Below, one piece after another: positions 45,374 through 54,661 of a stretch of DNA of 64,000 nt; positions within the stretch are counted from its first letter, which is position 1; every line of letters begins with the position of its first letter. The stretch covers positions 38,965-102,964 of the forward strand of contig JAKBSJ010000002.1 in the NCBI GenBank assembly GCA_021844945.1. The letters are read 5' to 3'. The DNA is from Thermoplasmata archaeon (lineage in GTDB: Archaea > Thermoplasmatota > Thermoplasmata > Lutacidiplasmatales > UBA184). Under the pieces are notes generated by a model. It was given only the letters and a program-made list of their open reading frames with translations, was not told the origin of the DNA and did no database searches. Both the position numbers and the translations under genes were made by a program.

Positions 45374-46141
45374 TCAGGCGTGCGCCGCGTCGGGCGGTTC
45401 CCCGCGTAGCTCGCGCTCGAGTTGCACCCGTTTCGCGACCAGGAAGCGAAGGTTCGCCATTCCATCCCTCCAGCTCGAGAGCTTCGGCGCCCCCCAGCGT
45501 TCCCGGTAGTGGATCGGCACCTCGATGGCGCGCAGCCCGTGGATGAGTACCTCGATCTTGATCTCTTCGCTCAACTGCATCCCGCTCTGGGTCAGCCGAA
45601 GCCGGTCCAGGATCTGCTTACGAAAGACCCACAGGCCGCTCTGGCTGTCGTGCAGCGTCGCCCCCGGCAATCGCGTGACCCAACGATGGTACAGGAGGCC
45701 GGTGGTCAGGTTCAGCACCCGGTTCCCGATGCGATGCTCGGTCGACATCGCGCGGGGCGCGAGGTAGGCGAGGCGGTTCCCGGTGATGAAGTCGAGATGC
45801 TCGCGCTCCAGGCGGTGCACGAGCTCGGGGATCGCTTCGACCGGGTACGTCGCATCGCCGTCGGAGGTCGCGATGACCTCCCCGCTCGCCGCCGCAAAGC
45901 CCGTGCGATAGGCGCGGCCGTAGCCGCGGCGCGGTTCGGCGATGACGCGGGCGCCGTGCGCGCGGGCCTCTTCGGCCGTGCGGTCCGTGGAGAGCCCGTC
46001 GACCACGAGTACCTCCCACTCGATACGGTCGGCGGGCGCGACGTTCCGTTCGTCCGCCTCTACGGCGCTATGGAAGGTATCGAGCACGTGGACGATGGAA
46101 CGCTCCTCGTTGAGCGTGGGGATCACGAGGCTGGCGTGCAC
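45374..46141 (-). CDS. Family 2 glycosyltransferase (dolichyl-phosphate hexose synthase-like)
   Basis: GT-A motifs VIPTLNEE, VVDGLSTDRT, SDGDATY and a C-terminal amphipathic region. Confidence 0.75.
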   Translation of the reverse strand: MHASLVIPTLNEERSIVHVLDTFHSAVEADERNVAPADRIEWEVLVVDGLSTDRTAEEARAHGARVIAEPRRGYGRAYRTGFAAASGEVIATSDGDATYPVEAIPELVHRLEREHLDFITGNRLAYLAPRAMSTEHRIGNRVLNLTTGLLYHRWVTRLPGATLHDSQSGLWVFRKQILDRLRLTQSGMQLSEEIKIEVLIHGLRAIEVPIHYRERWGAPKLSSWRDGMANLRFLVAKRVQLERELRGEPPDAAHA

Positions 46142-46163
46142 ACCCGCTCGGGAGCCGTTCTAC

Positions 46164-46171
46164 GTTTAAAC
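46164..46171. promoter_or_regulatory. Palindromic TATA-like element GTTTAAAC shared by divergent genes
   Basis: Lies 23 nt from the GT2 start (46141, minus) and 22 nt from the archease start (46193, plus). It is the only AT-rich element in the 51-bp spacer. Confidence 0.45.
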
Positions 46172-46192
46172 TTCTTGACGAGTGCCGGTAGG

Positions 46193-46630
46193 ATGGCCCC
46201 GCGTCCCCGAGCCCGTCGTCGGTGGGGGCGCTTCCCGACGACCGCCGACATCGGCATCTGGGCGCGGGGATCGAGCCCCTCGGAACTCTTCGAGGCTCTC
46301 GGACTCGGCCTCTTCGCGCTGATCACGGACCTAAGGACGGTGCGCGTCCGCGCCGAGCGAGCGGTCAGCGCCTCCGGCGATGACCCGGTCTCCCTCGCGG
46401 TCGCCTACTTGGGAGAGCTGCTCCTGCTCCAGCAGACCGAGGGGTTCCTCGCGCGCGACATCGAGGTCCGCACGCTCGGCACGCCTCCGACCGCGCTGGT
46501 CGCCCGAGTGCAGGGCGAGCCGTTCGATCCCGGACGGCACCCGGCACGCATGGAAGTCAAGGCGATCACTCTGCACGCAGCGCGGGTGGATCTCGGCAAC
46601 GGCCGGGCGCGGCTGATCGTGGACATCTAG
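46193..46630 (+). CDS. Archease
   Basis: Start moved to ATG 46193. TADIGIWARGSSPSELFEALGLGLFALITD and C-terminal EVKAITLHAARV are archease-like. Confidence 0.75.
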   Translation: MAPRPRARRRWGRFPTTADIGIWARGSSPSELFEALGLGLFALITDLRTVRVRAERAVSASGDDPVSLAVAYLGELLLLQQTEGFLARDIEVRTLGTPPTALVARVQGEPFDPGRHPARMEVKAITLHAARVDLGNGRARLIVDI

Positions 46631-46634
46631 GCCG

Positions 46635-47771
46635 TCAGGGCATCTGCGCGACGATCGCGGAGAGCGCGGCTCCGGGCCTCGGCAGGCGTCCCGCTTTACC
46701 GAGGATCCGTTCCAAGGCGGCGAACGTCACGAGCAGGTCCGGCCAGTCGGCGATCCCCATGTGGCCGATCCGGAAGATCTTCCCTGCGAGGGCGCCCTGC
46801 CCGCCCTGCACGAGCACGTTGTACTCGCGTTCGAGGGCTTTGCGAAGCTTCGCGTCGTCCAGGCCGTCCGGGTTCCGGACCGCGGTCACGGTATCGGAGG
46901 CATAGCGCGGATCGGGGAACAGTTCGAGCCCGAGCGCTTTCACCGCGTCGCGCGATGCCGTCGCGAGCCGGTGGGTCCGCGCCAGCCGACCCTCGAGACT
47001 TTCTTCCTGGAGAACGAGTAGGGCCTCGCGCAGCGCGAGGAACAGCGGGACCGCGGGGGTCCAGGGAGTGTCGTTCTTGTCGAGGGACTTGAGATGCGAT
47101 GCGAGGTCGAGGTAGAACGTCCCCGGGTGCAGCGCCTTCATCGCGCGGTCGGACAGGTGCACGAGGCTGAGCCCGGCCGGCGCGGCAAGGCCCTTCTGGC
47201 TTCCTGCCACAATCGCGTCGATGCCCCAGTCCGAGACCGGGACCGGGATCCCGGCGATCGCGCTGATCCCGTCGACGAGGAAGAGTGCCCCGGACTTGCG
47301 CACCGCGGGGGCGAGCTGCGCGAGATCGTTCGCGAGTCCCACGCTCGTCTCGTTGTGCACCACGCACACCGCGTGGACGTCCCCCTTGTCGAGCTCCGCG
47401 CGCGCGGCATCGATAGGGATGTGCTGGCCCCAGGGGGCGGTGAGGGTCGTGACGTTCGCAGAGTAACGGCGCACGATCTCGTCGGTCCGCTCGCCGAAGT
47501 TGCCGTTGGTCAGTACGAGGGTGCGTCCCTCCTTCGGGACGAGCCCGGCGTACATCGCCTCGAGCCCCGCGGTGCCGCTGCCGGACAGGATCACGGTCCG
47601 TCCGGCGGGACCGAAGAGCATCGGGAGCAGCTGCCGGATCTCGGCGACGATGCCGTGGAAGTAGTCCCCGCGGTGGTTCAGGCTCGGCGTGGACATCGCG
47701 CGGAGCACCCGGGGGTGGATGCGCACCGGGCCCGCGATGAGGAAGGTCGCGGTCTCGGGATCGAACGTCAC
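46635..47771 (-). CDS. Class V aminotransferase (serine-glyoxylate / archaeal phosphoserine aminotransferase type)
   Basis: Only the C-terminal 378 codons of the 649-aa track ORF look real. The GTG start at 47771 overlaps the serA stop (GTGA) and follows GGAGG. AGXT-family sequence (FLIAGPVRIHPRVL..., SGSGTAGLEA). Confidence 0.7.
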   Translation of the reverse strand: MTFDPETATFLIAGPVRIHPRVLRAMSTPSLNHRGDYFHGIVAEIRQLLPMLFGPAGRTVILSGSGTAGLEAMYAGLVPKEGRTLVLTNGNFGERTDEIVRRYSANVTTLTAPWGQHIPIDAARAELDKGDVHAVCVVHNETSVGLANDLAQLAPAVRKSGALFLVDGISAIAGIPVPVSDWGIDAIVAGSQKGLAAPAGLSLVHLSDRAMKALHPGTFYLDLASHLKSLDKNDTPWTPAVPLFLALREALLVLQEESLEGRLARTHRLATASRDAVKALGLELFPDPRYASDTVTAVRNPDGLDDAKLRKALEREYNVLVQGGQGALAGKIFRIGHMGIADWPDLLVTFAALERILGKAGRLPRPGAALSAIVAQMP

Positions 47772-48721
47772 GCACTTCCTCCGGGGAGCGGTACCTGCGC
47801 CGTGAGGGCTTCGCCGCGCAGCGCGCGGCGGACCTCTTCCATGACCTGGCGACCGGCGCGTCGCTGCGCCTCGTGGGTCGAGGCGCCAACGTGCGGCGTG
47901 GCGATCACCTTCGGGTGCCCGAGCAATTCCTCGTTCATCGGCGGTTCCACCTCGTAGACATCGAGCGCGGCTCCGGCCAATTGGCCCGAACGGAGCGCGG
48001 CGAGGAGCGCGGCCTCGTCCACGAGCGAGCCACGTGCGACATTGATGAGGAAGGAACCGCGCTTCATCCGGGCGAGAGCCGCCGCGTTGATGAGGTGTCG
48101 GTTCTCGGGCGTCGCGGCCGCATGAAGGCTCACGAGGTCCGACTGCCCGAAGAGCTCGTCGAGCGTCACGAACGCCGTCCCGTCCTCGGTCCGAGCCACG
48201 TACGGGTCGTAGGCGAGCGCGTGCACATCGAACGGTGCGAGCCGGCGCGCGACCTCGCGGGCGATCCGGCCGTACCCTACGAAACCCACCGTCCGGCCGG
48301 CGAGCTCCCCTCCGCGCGTTCCCCGTTCCCAGCGCCCCGCCTTGGTGCCGGCAACCGAGGGCCAGAGTTCCCGCACGAGCATCAGGGCGAGAGCGACCGT
48401 GAGCTCCGCGACGCTTGTCGTGGCGGCCACCGGAGCGTTCACGACCCGGATCTTCCGCGCGGCCGCCGCCGCCAGGTCGATGTTGTCCACGCCGACCCCG
48501 GCGCGGGCAATGAGCGCGAGGCGCGGAGCGCGGGCGATCAGCTCCGCCGTGACCTTCGTACGGCTGCGCACGACCAGCGCCCACGCGTCACCGAGGGCCG
48601 CGTTCAGCGCGGACGTGCCGGAAGAGGCATCGATAACCCGGCACTCCTCGTCCTGGAGCAGGCCGAGAGCGCCCGGGTCGATAGGATCCGCGACGACGAT
48701 CGTGCGGTGCGCGCCGGACAC
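47768..48721 (-). CDS. serA: D-3-phosphoglycerate dehydrogenase (short form, no ACT domain)
   Basis: 2-hydroxyacid dehydrogenase fold with NAD motif GFVGYGRIAREVARR and catalytic ATPHVGAST. Confidence 0.75.
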   Translation of the reverse strand: MSGAHRTIVVADPIDPGALGLLQDEECRVIDASSGTSALNAALGDAWALVVRSRTKVTAELIARAPRLALIARAGVGVDNIDLAAAAARKIRVVNAPVAATTSVAELTVALALMLVRELWPSVAGTKAGRWERGTRGGELAGRTVGFVGYGRIAREVARRLAPFDVHALAYDPYVARTEDGTAFVTLDELFGQSDLVSLHAAATPENRHLINAAALARMKRGSFLINVARGSLVDEAALLAALRSGQLAGAALDVYEVEPPMNEELLGHPKVIATPHVGASTHEAQRRAGRQVMEEVRRALRGEALTAQVPLPGGSA

Positions 48722-48772
48722 ATCCGAGCGACGGGAGGGCGGACGAAAAGCGCTTGCGGTGGGGCGCGCGCC

Positions 48773-49732
48773 CTAACGCGTTTTCGGTACCGCGGTGTGT
48801 TCGAGCGCGGAGCGCACGATATCGATGCCGCGCGTCCCCCGGATCCAGGGTTCGGGCAGGACGGTGATCCGATGGGCGAGCGCGGGGCCCGCGATCGTCT
48901 TGACGTCGTCCGGCAGCACGAAGTCCCGGCCGTGGACCAAGGCGTGCGCGCGCGCGGCACGGGCCAGCCCGAGCGAGCCGCGCGGGGAGGCGCCAACCTC
49001 CGCGCGGGGATCTGCCCGAGTCGCACGCACGAGGTCCACGAGGTACCCTTCGACCGAGGCGTCGAGCTCGACCTCCTCGACGGCGCGCTGCATTCGGAGA
49101 AACTCTCCGGGGGCGAGTACGGTAGGGACCGGGGCCGCGTCCTGCTTGCGCTCGGCGCGGCGTCGCAGGATCTCCCGCTCTTCCTGCGGCGTGGGGTATC
49201 CGACGCTCACCCGGAGCAAGAACCGGTCGATCTGGGCTTCGGGAAGCGGGTAGGTTCCCTCCAGTTCGAGGGGGTTCTGCGTCGCGAGGACGAGGAATGG
49301 GCGCTCGAGCGGATGCGTCGTCCGCTCGCTGGTCACCTGATACTCCTGCATCGCCTCGAGCAGCGCGGACTGGACTTTCGGCGGGGCGCGGTTGATCTCG
49401 TCCGCAAGCAGGATGTTCGCGAAGACGGGACCGGGACGAAAGACGAAGGTCCCGTGGGTTACGTCGAAGATCTCCGTGCCGAGGATGTCGTGCGGGAGGA
49501 GGTCGCCGGTGAATTGGATCCTCTGGAAGGCCAGCCCCAGCGCCGCGGCGAACGACTTCGCGATCAGCGTCTTTCCGAGTCCGGGAAGGTCCTCGAGGAG
49601 GAGGTGCCCGTCGGCGAGGATCCCGATGAGGATCTGGTCGACCGCCTCGTCCCGCCCAACGACCGCCGTGTGGACCGCCGCACGCACCCTTTGGATCGCT
49701 TCCGAGCTCGGAGCATCCACCCCCGCGGCCAT
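48773..49732 (-). CDS. MoxR-family AAA+ ATPase
   Basis: Walker A LEDLPGLGKT, Walker B LLADEINRAPPKVQSALLEAM, MoxR-like length. Confidence 0.85.
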   Translation of the reverse strand: MAAGVDAPSSEAIQRVRAAVHTAVVGRDEAVDQILIGILADGHLLLEDLPGLGKTLIAKSFAAALGLAFQRIQFTGDLLPHDILGTEIFDVTHGTFVFRPGPVFANILLADEINRAPPKVQSALLEAMQEYQVTSERTTHPLERPFLVLATQNPLELEGTYPLPEAQIDRFLLRVSVGYPTPQEEREILRRRAERKQDAAPVPTVLAPGEFLRMQRAVEEVELDASVEGYLVDLVRATRADPRAEVGASPRGSLGLARAARAHALVHGRDFVLPDDVKTIAGPALAHRITVLPEPWIRGTRGIDIVRSALEHTAVPKTR

Positions 49733-49976
49733 GCCGCCGCGAGCGGGCCGCGCTATTTGGGCGCTCGCCCGCGCCGTATCCCCCGGCCGTAACGTTTCCG
49801 CGTCACGGCAAGGCCTACGCCCTCTCAGCGGTCTGACCCCGGCCGGGGACTGTCGGACCCCGGGGTTGTCCTCACGTCATCCCAGCGGACGACCCGTCCG
49901 CATGCGGTCGAGAGGGACCCTTCGACGGGACCCGGACGCGCCCTTCGGCGCGACGCCTCCCCATCGGGAGGCATTC

Positions 49977-50513
49977 CTATAGGATTGACGCCACCCCCTC
50001 GCGCGCCGGATGGAGGTGCCCTAGGACGATCACCACGAGCGCGAGCGCGGCCACGAGGAGGAGCGCGGCAATCCCGACCCGCAGCTCGCCCGGCGGGATC
50101 AGCAGTCCGGCGACGAGCGCGATCGCGACCCCCACCGCGGGCAGTGGGAGCACATCCGCGGCCCGGCGCAACCCGCTCGACCCGGCCTGCGAGCGCTCCG
50201 CCATCCACACCAGCCCCGACAGTGCCGCCAACGCGGCCAGGATCTCGGTCAGCAGGGTGATGGGGGCCGCGAGACCGAGGTACGCCCAGGCCACGAAGAG
50301 CGGCAGGAGGAATAGTACCGAGCCCCGTTGTTCGGTCGCGACGAGTCGGATCGCCAACGCCCCAGCGCTCGCCGCTACGGCGACGGCAAGCCCCACGTAG
50401 GGGCCCGGGCTACGGCTAAGAAGCCCCAGAGCGACCATGACGGCAGTCGTCGCGGCGAAACCCCACCAGCCGGCTCGCGCAACGCCCCCTCGGGGGCGCT
50501 GAGGCCGGATCAC
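49977..50513 (-). CDS. Polytopic membrane protein (hypothetical)
   Basis: 178-aa hydrophobic ORF with a 4-nt overlap with the upstream DUF58 gene. Confidence 0.5.
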   Translation of the reverse strand: MIRPQRPRGGVARAGWWGFAATTAVMVALGLLSRSPGPYVGLAVAVAASAGALAIRLVATEQRGSVLFLLPLFVAWAYLGLAAPITLLTEILAALAALSGLVWMAERSQAGSSGLRRAADVLPLPAVGVAIALVAGLLIPPGELRVGIAALLLVAALALVVIVLGHLHPAREGVASIL

Positions 50514-51802
50514 GTGTGCCTCCGGGCGTACATCCCGTGTTGGAGGAAGGCGGTGAACCCGGCCAGGGACCAGTACTCGCTCCAGTCAACGACGGGAGCT
50601 TCTCTCCAGGCTCGAGCGATCTGCTGACGCCGATACAGGCGAGCGACCCGAGTGACGATCTGCCGGTCCTCGGGGACGGCAGGGGTGAGCGCGAGCTGCG
50701 CCGAGATCGGTGACGGGCTGAGGACGATCGTCGGATAGCCACGCCGACGCAAGTGGACGATGAGAAGGGACGCGGACTCGTCCGCGAGAGGGCTAACGAG
50801 GATCGTAGTGGTACCCGGCGTGATGTCCCGACGGAGACCTACCGCCCCTCGCTCGGCCGGTGCCGCAAACGCGGAGATCTGAGCGGCGAGCAGCGCATCC
50901 CGCAACCGGAGGCGTTGCGAGCGACCGGAACCTAGTGGGATAGTTTCGACGAACTCTCCGAAAATCGCGAGGCCGACCCGCACCTTCTCGCGCAGGAAGG
51001 CGTTCGCGATCCCGATCGCCGTCGCCCGTGAGATCCCGAAGATCTCCCGATCGATCTCGCGGCCGAGCGAGGTGGGCCGGGCATCGAGGTAGAGGAGGAC
51101 GTCACCGGTCCTCTCGAGCGAGAACTCGTTGACGTAACGCGTTCCCGTCCGGGCCCACGCTCGCCAGTTCGTCCGCCGCCACGGGTCCTGCGCCTGAGCG
51201 GGCCGAACCCCGTGAAACTCACCGGCATCCCCAATCGTTGTCGACCGGCTCTCCCCGGGCATCGGGATCGTCCGTTGCAGCCGGATCCCCCCGAGTCGTC
51301 CGACCTCGGGCGGATATCGCTCGATCGTCAGTGGGGTTCCCTCGACGTCGAGCGAACGCGCCGCCAGCCCGAGCGCGTCGCACCACTCCACCGCGGGGAG
51401 GTTGGCGCGAACGAGCACCGGCGAGCGCGCCCACCACTCGGCCCGGAACCCGACCCCATCGGACTGCCAAGCCGCATGGAGCGGAGCGCGCTCGCTTAGC
51501 TCGGGAGGGCACGGGAGGGAGATCTCGAGGTCTCGAGCATCGATCTCGGCCGGTACGACGATCGTCCCCTCGATCGCCACCGTGCCCGCGTTCCCGCTCT
51601 CCCGCCACGCGACGCGAACGGGTCCCGAGCTCGAGGGGACGGCGAGGAGCGCCGCCATCGGGGAGAGCAGCAGCGGCACCGCTCCGAACAGAGGAACGGG
51701 GTCGCGGGACGCCACAGCGGTCGCAATCAATGCGACAGCACCCCCGTAGCAGGCCCACGATCGGGCCGTTAGGCGGAGACCGGCCGAGTGAGACGCGCTC
51801 AT
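50510..51802 (-). CDS. DUF58 family protein (vWA-like partner of MoxR) with N-terminal TM helices
   Basis: DUF58-like core GVRPAQAQDPWRRTNWRAWARTGTRYVNEFSLERTGDVLLYLDA, with 2 N-terminal TM segments. Confidence 0.6.
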   Translation of the reverse strand: MSASHSAGLRLTARSWACYGGAVALIATAVASRDPVPLFGAVPLLLSPMAALLAVPSSSGPVRVAWRESGNAGTVAIEGTIVVPAEIDARDLEISLPCPPELSERAPLHAAWQSDGVGFRAEWWARSPVLVRANLPAVEWCDALGLAARSLDVEGTPLTIERYPPEVGRLGGIRLQRTIPMPGESRSTTIGDAGEFHGVRPAQAQDPWRRTNWRAWARTGTRYVNEFSLERTGDVLLYLDARPTSLGREIDREIFGISRATAIGIANAFLREKVRVGLAIFGEFVETIPLGSGRSQRLRLRDALLAAQISAFAAPAERGAVGLRRDITPGTTTILVSPLADESASLLIVHLRRRGYPTIVLSPSPISAQLALTPAVPEDRQIVTRVARLYRRQQIARAWREAPVVDWSEYWSLAGFTAFLQHGMYARRHT

Positions 51803-52224
51803 GCCCCTCCTTCGAGGCGATCGAGGCGCGCGAGAACGTAGGAACGGAAGTCGGTCCGGGAGAGCTGTGTGACCCGACGCAGCTCATCGGCCCGAACGGT
51901 GGGGCGATCGGATCCGAGCGCGTCGCGCTCCATAGAGTCCAGCAGAAGGACGAGGTCCTCCCGCTCGAGGCCTCCACCGCGTAGGGCCGCCTCGATGCGG
52001 CGCGCGCTCAGCTCGGCGATCTCCGGCTCGGGGCGACCCAATGATTCGGGAAGAACTACGGCGGGGATCCGTTCGAAGTAGTACAGCACACCGCCGACGC
52101 TCGCCAAGACGATCGCCACGGTCGCACCGCTGACCTCGACCGTGGGGTTTGCGGTGGCGTAGATCGCGAGCGCGCCCGCTACCACGGCGAGTCCAAAGAC
52201 GGTCGCAACGCGCGTCGAGATCAC
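51799..52224 (-). CDS. Small membrane-anchored helical protein (hypothetical)
   Basis: 141 aa with two N-terminal TM helices. 4-nt overlaps on both sides. Confidence 0.5.
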   Translation of the reverse strand: MISTRVATVFGLAVVAGALAIYATANPTVEVSGATVAIVLASVGGVLYYFERIPAVVLPESLGRPEPEIAELSARRIEAALRGGGLEREDLVLLLDSMERDALGSDRPTVRADELRRVTQLSRTDFRSYVLARLDRLEGGA

Positions 52225-53132
52225 GGGAGGGTCCGCGGGCGGTCGAGGTCGTGGATCGCTGCGGTGAGGGCGGCCCGCACGCGCTCGACGTCCGCCCGAT
52301 CGATCGGGTGGGAAGAGTACCGCGCTCGCTCAAAGGCCCGCGTGATCGTCTCGGCGCTCTCGCGTCCTACTCCGAGCGGCACGAGGTGGAGGCGTCGGAT
52401 CTCTTCCGGCGTCGATGCATCCAGCCCCGGAGCGACCGGCTCGATACGCTGGAGAAGGCGAGCGTAGAGCGCGATCAGTACCTCGCGCGGGTCGGCATCG
52501 GGCCGTTCGAGCGCGCGGGCCGCTTGGGCGAAAGCGGATTGCGTGGCAGCCCGGTCCTCCCGTCCCGTCCCCTTCCCTTTCCGTCCGATCGGAATGAGGC
52601 GGGCGACGGCGAATCCCGCTCCGATCAGCCCTAACGCCGCGAGGGCATAGAAGATCCAATAGGGAAACGCGATTGCGAACAGTCCGCCACTGGACCCGGC
52701 GCCGGTCCCGTTCGTTCCGTTCGGTCCCGACGTGACGGACTGGTTCGCCGCCGTGGAGTTCGCGCCGCCCGAGGTCGGGCTGAGCGGAAGGATGGGTCCG
52801 CCCCCGAAGAAGCGGATGAGCGCGACGAAGGCGATTACGACGAGAATGCCGATCAAGATCGACACGATCGTCCGGGTCGGCAGCGGGACCGTACCGCTGT
52901 TCCAGCGCTCCCAGGTCCAGAGCGCGACCGCGCCGATCAGGAGCGCCGCGAGGACCCAGGCGACGATCGTTCCGGCGAAGTAGAAGGTGGGAGCTCCCGC
53001 GGAACCCGAGGAGGGAAGAGGTCCGGTCAGGAATGCGGCCGCGGCTCCGACCAGGAGCGCGATACCGAGCACCGCGATCCACAACGTGGAACGCGCCGGA
53101 CGGCTCCGGGGCGACACGGACACGCTAGGCAC
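52221..53132 (-). CDS. Membrane protein with a C-terminal DUF4129-like domain
   Basis: Several TM helices, a Gly/Ser/Asn/Thr-rich loop with N-x-S/T sequons (NST, NQS, NGT, NGT), and a C-terminal LIALYARLLQRIE...TPEE..R segment resembling DUF4129. Confidence 0.55.
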   Translation of the reverse strand: MPSVSVSPRSRPARSTLWIAVLGIALLVGAAAAFLTGPLPSSGSAGAPTFYFAGTIVAWVLAALLIGAVALWTWERWNSGTVPLPTRTIVSILIGILVVIAFVALIRFFGGGPILPLSPTSGGANSTAANQSVTSGPNGTNGTGAGSSGGLFAIAFPYWIFYALAALGLIGAGFAVARLIPIGRKGKGTGREDRAATQSAFAQAARALERPDADPREVLIALYARLLQRIEPVAPGLDASTPEEIRRLHLVPLGVGRESAETITRAFERARYSSHPIDRADVERVRAALTAAIHDLDRPRTLP

Positions 53133-53167
53133 CAGCGCGGGACCCCGTATGCGTCTTTGCCCGCCGC

Positions 53168-54094
53168 CTATCGAGAGGTCGCGGGAGCGGTTCGGGCGAT
53201 CGGGGTTCGCCCGTCCGCGGGCTCCTCTACGTCCGGGCCGGCGGGCCGCAGGAAATAGAAGCTACGTCGCTCGTGCTCCGCACTCACCGTCGCGAAGTCA
53301 TCCACGACGTAGTGCAGGTCGTAGGCGGCGCGGAAGGCGTCGCGCACAGCGTGCCGCCAACGCCACAGGCCCTTCGGCTCGTGCTGCCGCACGAGCTCGA
53401 CGTCGAACGGTATCTCGAGATGTGCCGAGGGTCCGGTCGGCTCGGTGACCTCGATGGGGAGTCGGATCCCGCTCTCGCCGGGCTCGGTACGGATGACCGG
53501 CGAGCTCGATACCCACCGATCCTGGTCCTCTTCCTTGGTCGGGAACCTGCCTTCCAGGCGAGTCGCCACGGCGGGGCTCGTGATCGCCCAGACGAGCTTC
53601 AGCCGATCGGTCTCGAGGCCCTCGTTCGCGGCGTCGTGGAGCTGGCCGTAGTAGTGCGGCAGGTAGGACGTGGGTCGGCCGCCGAGCCGGCGGATGTTGA
53701 GCATCGCGTTGCGGCTCCGCAAGGGATCGAACGTCCAGCGGATCTCCTCGAGCCCCATCGCGAGCACCTCTTCGCGCTGGTACCCTTTTAGCCGAAGGCC
53801 CACGCGATGGTTCTGGTACTCCGGCCGGACCGCGGTCATGTGGGAGTAGTGGTAGAGCCGATGGCCGTCCCATCCGAGGAAACCCACGGAGAATCCGACG
53901 AGGTGGATATCGACGAACGCTCCGAGGACGAGGCCCCCGTTATCCTGGAGGGCACGCTGGAGGGGGATGGTCAGCGACCCTTCGGGGCCGGAGCCGAACG
54001 CCGCGCCCTGCACCTCCTCGAGCTGTCGGAACTCCTCGGGCTTGCCGAGACGACGGAACCGGAAGGGTTCCGCCTTCTTTTCCGGCGACGACAT
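53168..54094 (-). CDS. GNAT-fold-like protein of unknown function (COG3375-like guess)
   Basis: 308 aa. LVGFSVGFLG...HMTAVRPEYQNHRVGLRLKGYQREEVLAMGLEEIRWTFDPL resembles an acetyltransferase core. Confidence 0.4.
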   Translation of the reverse strand: MSSPEKKAEPFRFRRLGKPEEFRQLEEVQGAAFGSGPEGSLTIPLQRALQDNGGLVLGAFVDIHLVGFSVGFLGWDGHRLYHYSHMTAVRPEYQNHRVGLRLKGYQREEVLAMGLEEIRWTFDPLRSRNAMLNIRRLGGRPTSYLPHYYGQLHDAANEGLETDRLKLVWAITSPAVATRLEGRFPTKEEDQDRWVSSSPVIRTEPGESGIRLPIEVTEPTGPSAHLEIPFDVELVRQHEPKGLWRWRHAVRDAFRAAYDLHYVVDDFATVSAEHERRSFYFLRPAGPDVEEPADGRTPIARTAPATSR

Positions 54095-54137
54095 CCCCCG
54101 CGCACCGGGGCGAGCTACTTAACCATCGAGCCCGGGC

Positions 54138-54575
54138 CTAGCGACGCACGCGGAACTCCGCGCACTTCTCTAGGTAGCGGGTGTGGTCCTGGGGCGTAAG
54201 CTCCCACAGGAGCTCCTCCATCTCGGGGAGGTTCCGCAGGAACTCGGCCTTGCTCTTCGAGCGCATCAGCTGCTCGAAGCGGCCGCGAGCGACCAGGTAC
54301 GCGCCGACGAGGTAGGCCCCGATGATCAGGATGATCGGGCCGACGATGGCGAAGGCGAGGTTGTAGTTCACTCCGCCCCGGCCGGCTTGGTTGGTGTAGT
54401 AGTCGATCGTGGAGAACGGCCAGACGCTGCCCAAGGGACTGAATGAGGCAAAGGCGAGGACGCAGAGCGCCACGCCGACCGCGAGGACCACCGCGGCGAG
54501 CGGGAACCGATAGGTCCGTAGCCAGAGACGGGCCGCGAGCGGCCAGCCCGACGACGATGAGGAGCCCCCGGCCAT
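54138..54575 (-). CDS. Small membrane protein with a C-terminal soluble helix (hypothetical)
   Basis: Only the last 145 codons of the 329-aa track ORF are kept (ATG 54575). Two TM helices, then RGRFEQLMRSKSKAEFLRNLPEMEELLWEL. Confidence 0.5.
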   Translation of the reverse strand: MAGGSSSSSGWPLAARLWLRTYRFPLAAVVLAVGVALCVLAFASFSPLGSVWPFSTIDYYTNQAGRGGVNYNLAFAIVGPIILIIGAYLVGAYLVARGRFEQLMRSKSKAEFLRNLPEMEELLWELTPQDHTRYLEKCAEFRVRR

Positions 54576-54661
54576 CGGATCGAAGGGAAGACGGACTCGA
54601 TATGAACTTAGCCGGGGCCCGGCGCGAGCCGGCTCCCCGCACGGAGGGTGGACTCCGAAGC

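Noticed and set aside
47772-48584. N-terminal 270 aa or so of the 649-aa track ORF 46635-48584.
   Set aside because: This part is out of frame over serA and is Arg/Gly/Pro-rich. The real aminotransferase starts at the GTG at 47771, after a GGAGG and overlapping the serA stop.
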